A stretch of 46,490 bases of DNA from an uncultured Lachnospiraceae bacterium (GTDB lineage: Bacteria; Bacillota; Clostridia; Lachnospirales; Lachnospiraceae), in assembly GCA_902767075.1 (NCBI GenBank), contig CACXGM010000099.1, positions 1 to 46,490 of the forward strand, read 5' to 3'. Below are positions 1-8,073 of the stretch, in pieces (position 1 is the first letter of the stretch; each line of letters opens with the position of its first letter). The notes beneath the pieces are model-generated. The model was not told the DNA's origin, ran no database searches, and saw only the letters and a program-made list of their open reading frames with translations. Position numbers and translations under genes: made by a program.

Positions 1-1
1 C

Positions 2-553
2 AAGGACGAGACCCCCGATTATCCCGGCGGACAGAGATGGCATTTCAAGAAGGGACTTGATATCGAGGCACTTGATGAGGGAAAGGTCGATGCAATATTC
101 ATCAAGAACTCAGCTCCCGAGGTAGTACTTGACACCGGAAATTACAAGAAGGTAATCAACCTTCAGGAGCAGGACAAGGTAGCACCGGTAAACAACGAGT
201 ATCCCAACGTTCTCACGGTAAGCCAGAAGCTTGCAGAGGAAGAACCCGAGGTTGTGGTAGCTTTTCTGAAGGCGGTGATCAAGGCAGCAAGATGGGCAAA
301 GACTCATAAGGAAGAGGCGGAGGCACTTCTCGCAGAGCAGACCTTCGGAACAGTGGACCAGTATCATAGAGCATTCCCCGCTGACTTCTATCAGCATCTC
401 GAGCCAAATTTTGCTGAGGAAGGACTTGATGCACTCCAGGAAAGAGCACAGTTTCTCTACGATCACGGCTTTGCAAAGGAAGTAGTAAATGTCCGTGAGT
501 GGGCTGACAAGAGCTTCCTTGAGAGAGCACTTAAAGAGTTGGAAGCAGAATAA
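2..553 (+). CDS. 5'-truncated SsuA/DszB-like periplasmic-binding-fold protein (sulfonate binding protein or desulfinase-like)
   Basis: Frame is open from base 2 (KDETPDYPGG...EALDEGKVDAIF...NNEYPNVLTVS...AARWAKTH...FLYDHGF...VREWADKSFL) to TAA at 551-553. It lies upstream of a sulfonate-type ABC operon. Confidence 0.75.
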   Translation, partial: KDETPDYPGGQRWHFKKGLDIEALDEGKVDAIFIKNSAPEVVLDTGNYKKVINLQEQDKVAPVNNEYPNVLTVSQKLAEEEPEVVVAFLKAVIKAARWAKTHKEEAEALLAEQTFGTVDQYHRAFPADFYQHLEPNFAEEGLDALQERAQFLYDHGFAKEVVNVREWADKSFLERALKELEAE

Positions 554-593
554 GAAAAAAAAGAAATCTAGGTACAGAGGAGATTATTCTATT

Positions 594-1769
594 ATGAAAA
601 GATCAGAAATTGCAACAAAGATCGCATCCATAGGACTGGCAGCAGCACTCCTGCTCACAGCCTGCGGAGGAAAGGATACGGGAGCAGCAGGAGGCGCATC
701 TTCGAATACCGGAGCAGCGACAGCTGAGGCAAAGACATTTTCAGCAGAAGCTGATGCACTTGCCGCAGAGCTTATAAACAGATATCCCACCGCAGATGAC
801 AATATCACCGAGGAAGTCATCGAGGCTACCATTGAAAAGCTTAAGGAGACATACACCTTTGAGCAGCTTGAGGATCTTAAGATCGGATCCGGTGACTGGG
901 TTTATATCTCTGACAACAAGGGATGGTTTAAGCAGCTTTTCGGAGACAACGGAACAACCGTATCTGTTGTGGAAGGTACTGTAGGTAATGAGGTACAGCT
1001 TATGGAAAGAGATGAACTTCACCTTACAAACCGTATGCTTTATCCCTACCTTCTGTACAAGGCACAGGGCGGAGATATCACAGGCCTGGCACTTTCTGCA
1101 GATCCGGATGCAAGCATAGTTTCAATTCTGGTAAATTCAAATTCAGATATTCAGTCTTTTGAGGATCTCAAGGGAAAGAACATCGGAAGCTGGAAGGCAG
1201 GATGCCAGTATGTAGCACTTCTTGAGAATGCACTGGATCTTGGATGGACTGAAGGAGTGGATTACACATACTCCAATATTTCAAACAACGACTTAAAGAC
1301 CGCACTTCAGGCAGGCGAGATTGATGCTATTTCAACTCACCCCTTCACCAATGTAAACAGCGAGATCATCAACGGAAATTTCCGGGAGATCGCTACCGCA
1401 AAGCCCGACGGAGTATACACAAATTATGGCGGTGCTACCGTAACCTTCGCGCCTACCGGTTTCGCCAACGAGCACGTAAACATCCTAAAGGCAGCGCTTA
1501 AGTTAAGAGAAGTTGTAAATGCATATATCCTTTTGAACAAAGAGTCTGTATGCGAACTGCTTGAAACCATCACCAGAGATCCTGCAGAGAACAGTCTCTT
1601 CTATCTCGACAGAAGAAAAGAGACCTACTTCAATGCAAGCGATTCTCTTGACAAGCTTATCGATGATACGGACAACTATCAGAACTGGCTTATCGAAAAT
1701 GTCGAGGAATTCAGTGAGGACGGACGTGTTCCCAGAGATGCATTCTTCAACAGCAATTTCTTCTCATAA
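594..1769 (+). CDS. ABC transporter substrate-binding lipoprotein, SsuA/TauA/NMT1 family
   Basis: Start moved to ATG 594 after a GAGGAG RBS. Lipobox LTAC; motifs SDIQSFEDLKGKNIG and ALQAGEIDA. Confidence 0.85.
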   Translation: MKRSEIATKIASIGLAAALLLTACGGKDTGAAGGASSNTGAATAEAKTFSAEADALAAELINRYPTADDNITEEVIEATIEKLKETYTFEQLEDLKIGSGDWVYISDNKGWFKQLFGDNGTTVSVVEGTVGNEVQLMERDELHLTNRMLYPYLLYKAQGGDITGLALSADPDASIVSILVNSNSDIQSFEDLKGKNIGSWKAGCQYVALLENALDLGWTEGVDYTYSNISNNDLKTALQAGEIDAISTHPFTNVNSEIINGNFREIATAKPDGVYTNYGGATVTFAPTGFANEHVNILKAALKLREVVNAYILLNKESVCELLETITRDPAENSLFYLDRRKETYFNASDSLDKLIDDTDNYQNWLIENVEEFSEDGRVPRDAFFNSNFFS

Positions 1770-1803
1770 ATCTTCAACATATTAGAATTGACAGGAAAAG
1801 ACT

Positions 1804-2658
1804 ATGGCTAAAGAATTAACTGTCGGAGCCGGAACAAGTGCTTCGGGAATAAACTTCAAAAAAATATCCGGTGACATCGGAAGCAGTAAACTGGGGCCCA
1901 GGCTCCTGGCACTGTTCAATACCATTGCAGTACCGGTTCTGCTGCTGGCTCTCTGGCAGATACTGTCGGGATCCGGACTGCTCCTGGATGTGATACTTCC
2001 CTCTCCTGTGAAGGTGGTGAAAGCTTTTATCGAGATGGTAAAAGACGGAACTCTCGGCATCGACCTGGCAGTCAGCGGAAAGAGAGTTCTCATAGGATAT
2101 CTTTGGGGAGCCGGTATCGCACTTATACTGGGTGTACTCAGCGGACTGAACAAGATCGTTGAGAGAATAGTTTCTCCCATTATAAACGTCATCAGACAGA
2201 TTCCTCTGTACGCATGGATGCCGCTGATCATTCTCTGGTTCGGAATCGGGGAATTATCAAAGGAGATAATCATCGCAAGAGGCGTGCTCATCCCCATCTT
2301 CCTCAATACCCTTCAGGGAATTAAGGGAGTTCAGGCAGAATATTTCGAACTTGCCCAGGTTCTCGAGCTAAAGAAAGGGGTCTTTTTACGAAAGATCGTA
2401 TTGCCCTCTGCCATATCCTCCATTTTTACCGGCTTGAGACTTGGTGCAGGTAATGCCTGGATGGCGGTTGTTGCGGCGGAGATGCTGGGAGGCTTGACAG
2501 GACTTGGATATGCGTTGATGAAATCCAGAGAATTCCTCTGGTCCGACAAGCTCATCGCTTTGATGGTAGTCATCGGTGTGATCGGCGTGGTGATCGACGT
2601 GATCCTGAGAAAGATCGAAGAGAGCACTCTCAAGTGGAAGAAAAAGACAGCGAAATAG
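1804..2658 (+). CDS. ssuC: Sulfonate/nitrate/taurine ABC permease
   Basis: LPSP, IPLYAWMPLIILWFGIGE, IFTGLRLG..AW..VVAAEM and GLGY are typical SsuC/TauC motifs. Confidence 0.85.
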   Translation: MAKELTVGAGTSASGINFKKISGDIGSSKLGPRLLALFNTIAVPVLLLALWQILSGSGLLLDVILPSPVKVVKAFIEMVKDGTLGIDLAVSGKRVLIGYLWGAGIALILGVLSGLNKIVERIVSPIINVIRQIPLYAWMPLIILWFGIGELSKEIIIARGVLIPIFLNTLQGIKGVQAEYFELAQVLELKKGVFLRKIVLPSAISSIFTGLRLGAGNAWMAVVAAEMLGGLTGLGYALMKSREFLWSDKLIALMVVIGVIGVVIDVILRKIEESTLKWKKKTAK

Positions 2659-2667
2659 GTGGTCATT

Positions 2668-3432
2668 ATGAGTCAGAAAAATATCCTGGAAATAAAAAAA
2701 GTACAAAAGATCTTTCATACAAAGGATAAGGACGTAGAAGCGATCAGAAACGTGGACCTTAATGTAAAAGAGGGAGAGTTCATCTCTATTATCGGAGCCA
2801 GCGGCTGCGGTAAAACCACACTCCTGCGATTGATCGCCGGTCTCGAGAGAGATTACAGCGGAGATATCCTGCTTGATGGAAAGAGAGTAGAAAAAGCGGG
2901 CCTTGACAGAGGTGTCATATTCCAAGACCACCGTCTTCTTCCCTGGCTTACTGTAGAGGATAACCTTACCCTGGGTCTTGAGGGAACAAAGAAAGAGCTT
3001 CAGGATCAGGTAAAGGAATATCTCCACAAGGTGGATCTGGATAATTTCGAAAAGGTCTATCCCGGACAGCTCTCCGGTGGTATGGCTCAGCGTGTTTCCA
3101 TAGCGAGAGCTCTGATGAGACACCCCAGGATCCTCCTTTTGGACGAGCCCCTGGGAGCCCTGGATGCTCTGACAAAAATGAACATGCAGGTTGAGATCAG
3201 CAAGATCTGGGAGGAAGAAAAAACCACCATGATCATGGTAACCCACGATATCGATGAGGCGATCTACTTAGGTGACAGGGTTGTCGTAATGAGACCCCGC
3301 CCCGCAGAAGTGGATGAGATCATCAATATCGAACTCCCAAGACCCAGATTGAGGAGCAGCTCCGACTTTGCATTTTATCGCAATCAGATAATCAATATAT
3401 TCAACCAGAGTATCGTTGATTACGCGATCTGA
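2668..3432 (+). CDS. ssuB: Sulfonate/nitrate/taurine ABC ATPase
   Basis: Walker A GASGCGKT, FQDHRLLPWLTV, LSGGMAQR, LLDEPLGALD, VTHDIDEA. ATG 2668 follows AGGTGG. Confidence 0.88.
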   Translation: MSQKNILEIKKVQKIFHTKDKDVEAIRNVDLNVKEGEFISIIGASGCGKTTLLRLIAGLERDYSGDILLDGKRVEKAGLDRGVIFQDHRLLPWLTVEDNLTLGLEGTKKELQDQVKEYLHKVDLDNFEKVYPGQLSGGMAQRVSIARALMRHPRILLLDEPLGALDALTKMNMQVEISKIWEEEKTTMIMVTHDIDEAIYLGDRVVVMRPRPAEVDEIINIELPRPRLRSSSDFAFYRNQIINIFNQSIVDYAI

Positions 3433-3492
3433 GTGATACCGGAGCACTTCGTAATATCTAACAATTTTTGCATACTCCAATATATATACCTC

Positions 3493-3528
3493 AAAAAAGC
3501 GGCAATAGGAAACTATTGTCGTTTTTTT
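3493..3528 (+). terminator. Rho-independent terminator, possibly bidirectional
   Basis: AAAAAA-GCGGCAATAG-GAAA-CTATTGTCGT-TTTTTT hairpin after the ABC ATPase. Confidence 0.75.
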
Positions 3529-3530
3529 GC

Positions 3531-3558
3531 TTCCATAAAAGGGATGATATTGTATAAT
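3531..3558 (+). promoter_or_regulatory. Putative sigma-A promoter of the radical SAM operon
   Basis: Perfect TATAAT at 3553-3558 with a weak -35 (TTCCAT) 16 bp upstream, directly after the terminator. Confidence 0.45.
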
Positions 3559-3617
3559 AATAGAAACGGCCCGGCGGTAGATTTTTCAAAAGGCCTGCTA
3601 TTAATCGGAGGATGAGA

Positions 3618-4997
3618 ATGAAAGCCACAAAGAGAGAACTCAGATTTGCGGAAGAAAACTTCATGGAAGTGCATCACACGACCTTGAATCCCGAGGGACC
3701 CGGAGTAGTCCGGATACACCTTGTTCCACCCAGGATCGAGGGAGACGAGATCGGTCCCAGTATCGCCATCATAAACGGTCAGGATATTATCCCGGTGAAT
3801 GTGGCTTGGAGCATACTTCTGACATCTCTTATCGATGAGATAAACAAATACAGCGGCCGTGAGGTGAGCCAGGAGGAAGTGGACCTTATGACAGATACCG
3901 CCTGCAAGCGGGTTCAGAAGGTGTATCCTCTGATAACAAAAAAGAGACTTAAAAATGATATTTTCAGGATCATGAACACCTTTAAGCAGGTGGCATACGG
4001 CGAGCCCGTGGACGAGGAGATCACTTATCTTAGTATGAGCGATTACGCAGAGTACATGAAAGCTCCCCACAGAATGGACCTGATGGTCAGTGCCATGACA
4101 AAAGGGGGATGCTGGCATTGCAACCAGAACTGTGTGCATTGCTATGCCGCAGGACAGCCTGAGTCTGAAGAGGCAGAGCTGTCCACCGATGAGTGGAAGA
4201 GAATCATAGAAAAGTGCCGTGAGATAGGCGTTCCACAGCTGACATTTACCGGTGGCGAACCCACCATGAGAGAGGATCTCTTTGAACTCATTGATCACGC
4301 CAGATGGTTTGTCACCAGACTGAACACCAACGGAGTGAAGCTGACGGATGACTATTGCAGAAGTCTGATGAATGCTTCTCTCGACAGCGTACAGATCACC
4401 TTCTATTCACATGATGAAGAGATCCACAATAAACTGGTGGGGGCGCAGAGATACAAGGACACCGTTGCAGGAATAGAGAATGCCCTGGAGGCGGGACTTA
4501 ACCTCAGTATCAACACACCTCTTTGTACACTTAACAAAGATTACGTCAGCACTCTTAAGTTCTTAAAAGAAAAGGGAGTCAAGTACGTGACTTGCTCCGG
4601 ACTCATCACCACAGGAAATGCTACCAATCCCGAGTCTGAGAACCTGCAGCTCACCCATGAAGAGATCAGGCAGATCCTCAAAGAGAGCGTGGAGTATTGC
4701 TATGCAAATGAAATGGAGATAAGCTTTACTTCTCCGGGATGGGTGGATGCGGACCTATGCGAGAAACTGAGCATCAGCACACCCAGCTGCGGTGCATGTT
4801 TATCAAATATGGCCATCACTCCCGGCGGAAACGTGGTACCCTGTCAGAGCTGGCTCTCCGGCGAAGTACTGGGGAACTTCAGAAAGGATGACTGGGACAC
4901 CATCTGGAATTCGAAGGAATGTAAAAAAAGGCGGGAATACTCTGCTTCACAACGCTGCGAGTGCCCCTTGAGGATCGTCAGAAAGGGGGAGATGTGA
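3618..4997 (+). CDS. Radical SAM protein with N-terminal RRE/PqqD-like region and C-terminal SPASM/twitch domain (putative peptide/protein maturase)
   Basis: CNQNCVHC (4119-4142), FTGGEP, LNTNG and CGAC-x9-G-x4-C. GGAGG at 3607-3611 favours ATG 3618 over 3612. Confidence 0.9.
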   Translation: MKATKRELRFAEENFMEVHHTTLNPEGPGVVRIHLVPPRIEGDEIGPSIAIINGQDIIPVNVAWSILLTSLIDEINKYSGREVSQEEVDLMTDTACKRVQKVYPLITKKRLKNDIFRIMNTFKQVAYGEPVDEEITYLSMSDYAEYMKAPHRMDLMVSAMTKGGCWHCNQNCVHCYAAGQPESEEAELSTDEWKRIIEKCREIGVPQLTFTGGEPTMREDLFELIDHARWFVTRLNTNGVKLTDDYCRSLMNASLDSVQITFYSHDEEIHNKLVGAQRYKDTVAGIENALEAGLNLSINTPLCTLNKDYVSTLKFLKEKGVKYVTCSGLITTGNATNPESENLQLTHEEIRQILKESVEYCYANEMEISFTSPGWVDADLCEKLSISTPSCGACLSNMAITPGGNVVPCQSWLSGEVLGNFRKDDWDTIWNSKECKKRREYSASQRCECPLRIVRKGEM

Positions 4998-6319
4998 TGA
5001 AGATGAAAGCAGATAATATGAAGATAAACAGAGGATCGATCCTTAAATACCTGATGACCGCCATATGCATGTTGTTTATCGTGTTTGCATGCGTATCGGT
5101 AATTAAGACAGAATCTTTTGCGCAGGATCTGGATAATATCTTAAACTATGAGGTCACTGTAAATGTTAATGAGGATGCCACACTTGATATGGTGTACCAT
5201 TTAGACTGGATGGTGCTGGACTCAGATGCGGAGGGACCCCTTTCATGGATAACCATTGGCATTCCAAACAAGCATTACGTATCATATACAGCACTGTCCG
5301 ATACCGTCAAGAATATTCAGTATACATCATCCGACGGCCCTTCCCTCAGGATCGATTTCGACCGGGAATACTTTGCGGGAGAAGTGGTCAGCTTTGACTT
5401 TGAACTGGTGCAGGACAATGTCTATGAGGTAAACAGACTAACCGATGGTGAGACGGTCTACGATTTCACCCCGGGATGGTTTGATAATATTTTTATTGAT
5501 AACCTGACGATCCGCTGGAACAATGACAAGATGGAGAGCTGGTCACCCTCCTGTGAGATAGAGGACGGTTACTGCGTATGGAGAACTTTCCTTGACAAAG
5601 GACAGAAATATCCGATACAGGTGGTCTACAAAAATGATGCATATGCATTTGATACAAGCAAGAACCTGAATGTATCGGTATCAGCGTCGTCATCCGGAAA
5701 GAGTAAAGGCAGAAATATCATAACAGTTCTTGCCGCTGCTTTTTCAACGTTTATTTATACGACGTTTTCCGGCAGCTTTATTGCTGTGCCTGTGATACTT
5801 TCTATAATCCTGAGAAGAAGATACAACAGATCTGCGAACTTCGGTTCCGAGCCGAAGATCACGCGTACAAGGATCGAGTACTATCCCAATTGTCCCGGAT
5901 GTAACGCACCCAGACCGGAAGGAAAAGATAATTGTTCCTATTGCGGCTGCAGTTTTATAAAGAGCGAGACCAAGATAGAGGAAAAGGATATTCCGCCGGA
6001 GGAAAGGGATCTTCTGAACAGAAAGGTGAACGGAACCTACAGATATTCATCCTCTCCCAACACCTATATGAGGGTACATGTAATACCTGTACCGGTGTCC
6101 AGACCGTCGAGAAGTTACTCATCCTCCTCGAGTTCATCCCGCTCGAGCTCCTCAAGAAGCAGTCACCACAGCTCCTGTGCACACAGTTCCTGCGCCTGTG
6201 CCTGTGCATGCGCCTGTGCCGGCGGCGGAAGAGCAGGCTGCAGTACAAAGGATTTCTACAATACCAACCTTAAGCTGAAGTACTTTGAAAAGACCAAAAA
6301 AGCTAAGGACCGGTTATAA
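4997..6319 (+). CDS. Membrane protein: DUF2207-like extracellular domain, TM segment, zinc ribbon, Ser-rich linker and (CA)5 Cys-rich tail
   Basis: ATG overlaps the rSAM stop (TGATG) with RBS AAGGGGGAG. Signal peptide ends ..ESFA; then NILNYEVTVNVNEDATL, a hydrophobic stretch followed by RRRY, CPGC..CSYC, and SSCACACACACAGGGRAGCSTKDFY. Confidence 0.85.
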   Translation: MKMKADNMKINRGSILKYLMTAICMLFIVFACVSVIKTESFAQDLDNILNYEVTVNVNEDATLDMVYHLDWMVLDSDAEGPLSWITIGIPNKHYVSYTALSDTVKNIQYTSSDGPSLRIDFDREYFAGEVVSFDFELVQDNVYEVNRLTDGETVYDFTPGWFDNIFIDNLTIRWNNDKMESWSPSCEIEDGYCVWRTFLDKGQKYPIQVVYKNDAYAFDTSKNLNVSVSASSSGKSKGRNIITVLAAAFSTFIYTTFSGSFIAVPVILSIILRRRYNRSANFGSEPKITRTRIEYYPNCPGCNAPRPEGKDNCSYCGCSFIKSETKIEEKDIPPEERDLLNRKVNGTYRYSSSPNTYMRVHVIPVPVSRPSRSYSSSSSSSRSSSSRSSHHSSCAHSSCACACACACAGGGRAGCSTKDFYNTNLKLKYFEKTKKAKDRL

Positions 6320-6382
6320 GCAGAAGTTATAGCAAGCAATAATACCTTGGTATTAGACGATAATGTCTCTCCATGTTATTCT
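6316..6382 (+). promoter_or_regulatory. Putative promoter with LysR-type boxes
   Basis: ATAA-N7-TTAT (6316-6330), ATAA-N7-GTAT (6339-6353), -35 TAGACG (6354-6359), 17 bp spacer, extended -10 TGnTATTCT (6374-6382). Confidence 0.45.
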
Positions 6383-6454
6383 TCATATAGTTTTAATGCG
6401 CATAAAACATATAAGTAACCGATGGTTATATAGAGGAAAGAGGGATTATCGATT

Positions 6455-6871
6455 ATGAAAGAAAAGAAATTAAGCATTAATGTAACTGATGTGATATTGC
6501 TGGTGATCTCACTGGCATATGTGGTGCTCTTGCTGACGGTTTTTCATGTATGCGGACCAAAGGAAGACGGAAGCTTCATGAAATGTCAGTGGGCATGGAG
6601 AGCAGCTGTCACTACTTCATCAGTGATACTGTTAAATGCACTGGTTCACCTGATCGTATGGAATGAAGGTATCAAGATCGGAATATCCGTTTCGATATTT
6701 ACCATCAGCGTAGCTAATATATTCCTGGTTGGAACCATAATACCTCTCTGCGGTATGGAGACTATGGTCTGCCGCAGTCTGACTCACCCCGGAAACACAG
6801 TTCTCGGTATAGTGACAGCTATAGCGGCAGCGACGGATATTGCAGTGAGAGCGTTTAAGAAAAAGAAATGA
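6455..6871 (+). CDS. DUF4418-family membrane protein
   Basis: Four hydrophobic segments with VCG..DGSFMKC.W and LC....MVC Cys pairs; precedes ABC permease and ATPase. Confidence 0.75.
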   Translation: MKEKKLSINVTDVILLVISLAYVVLLLTVFHVCGPKEDGSFMKCQWAWRAAVTTSSVILLNALVHLIVWNEGIKIGISVSIFTISVANIFLVGTIIPLCGMETMVCRSLTHPGNTVLGIVTAIAAATDIAVRAFKKKK

Positions 6872-8073
6872 AATTTAAAGTAAAACTGGCACTAAAAAAC
6901 ATAAAAGCAAGGCCCGGAAGATCGGCACTGCTTATTATCATAGTGGCATTTCTGGCAGCCTCCGTTTTCGGGGGCTCCACCTTTATAGGAAGCGTTATCG
7001 AAGGGATATTTAATTACCAGGTCCGCCTCGGCGCCGATATGGTGGTGATCCCCGAGGAGGTAGACGAGAGAGGTTCCTACGAAGGGATCCTGCTGCAGGG
7101 TATACCGGATACTTTCTATATGGATGCAAATGTACTTGAAAAGGTCCGGGAAATCGAAGGAGTGGAGCAGGCATCGGCACAGTTTTTCTTAGCTTCCGCG
7201 GCGGCCAGCTGCTGTGACAGCCCGGTGCAGATCATTGGCTTTGATCCTCAGACCGACTTTTCAATACAGCCCTGGATCTACAAAGAGTATAACAGCAATA
7301 TTGCCGATGGGGATGTTGTGGTGGGTAATAATATCACCTACAATTCCGACAACAAGATCAGGCTTTATAACATGACGCTCAATGTTGTTGCACAGATGGA
7401 CAAGACCGGAACGGGACTGGACGATGCGGTGTACGCCAATATGAATACCATCAGAAATCTGATGGATAACGCCACCGCGCTGGGCTTTGATACGTTTAAG
7501 GATGTGGATACGGATCATGTGATATCAGCGGTAATGATCAGGAAGAAACTGGGATATGAAACGCCGGTCCTGGCGGGAGATATCAGGTTCGGGATAGACG
7601 GAGTGAGTGTGGTCACGCCGCAGGCCATGATGACAGGTATCACAGAAGGATTGCGAAAAATATCCGGTGTAATAGAAATCTCGGGTATCATCATATGGGT
7701 TCTGTCAATGATCATTCTGATCGCTATGTTTTCCTTGATCGCCGGTGAGCGTAAAAGAGAATTTGCGATACTCAGAATAATGGGTGCATCCAAGGGGATC
7801 GTAGAGGGGACATTAAGGTTTGAGGCTCTGTTTATATCGCTGATCGGATCGGCTGCGGGAATAGCGGCTTTTGCCATAGTGTACTTTCCCTTCTTTGAGA
7901 CTATCAAGAATAAACTGGCTCTTCCCGCCATCAACCCGGATCTCATTGGAATCCTGTTGATAATGCTGGCCACAGTGGTTCTTGAAGTGGTGATATGCCA
8001 GTTTACCTGGACCATATGCGTGATCCGGATAGCGCGCAAGGATATAGGACTTCTTTCAAAAGAGGATGAATGA
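6868..8073 (+). CDS. MacB/FtsX-family ABC permease
   Basis: N-terminal TM, RLGADMVVIP, extracellular domain with SCC, ERKREFAILRIMGA, C-terminal TMs; ATGA overlap. Confidence 0.85.
   Translation: MKFKVKLALKNIKARPGRSALLIIIVAFLAASVFGGSTFIGSVIEGIFNYQVRLGADMVVIPEEVDERGSYEGILLQGIPDTFYMDANVLEKVREIEGVEQASAQFFLASAAASCCDSPVQIIGFDPQTDFSIQPWIYKEYNSNIADGDVVVGNNITYNSDNKIRLYNMTLNVVAQMDKTGTGLDDAVYANMNTIRNLMDNATALGFDTFKDVDTDHVISAVMIRKKLGYETPVLAGDIRFGIDGVSVVTPQAMMTGITEGLRKISGVIEISGIIIWVLSMIILIAMFSLIAGERKREFAILRIMGASKGIVEGTLRFEALFISLIGSAAGIAAFAIVYFPFFETIKNKLALPAINPDLIGILLIMLATVVLEVVICQFTWTICVIRIARKDIGLLSKEDE

Noticed and set aside
489-593. Long N-terminal extensions in the ORF track (also at 4961, 8862, 10183, 12500, 14004, 20899, 30766, 39148)
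   Set aside because: Downstream ATGs have proper RBS spacing and match family N-termini, so starts were reassigned.
3433-3615. 60-aa ORF just upstream of the radical SAM gene as a candidate precursor peptide
   Set aside because: No RBS, runs through the terminator and promoter, and lacks precursor-like composition.
6191-6220. TGYGCN hexamer run as a contingency microsatellite
   Set aside because: Third positions vary and the unit is in frame; better explained as a protein repeat.
5932-6273. Alternative-frame Cys-rich ORF (LCLCMRLC) and antisense His/Arg-rich ORF
   Set aside because: Frame-shifted shadows of the (CA)5 codons inside the real gene; no RBS.
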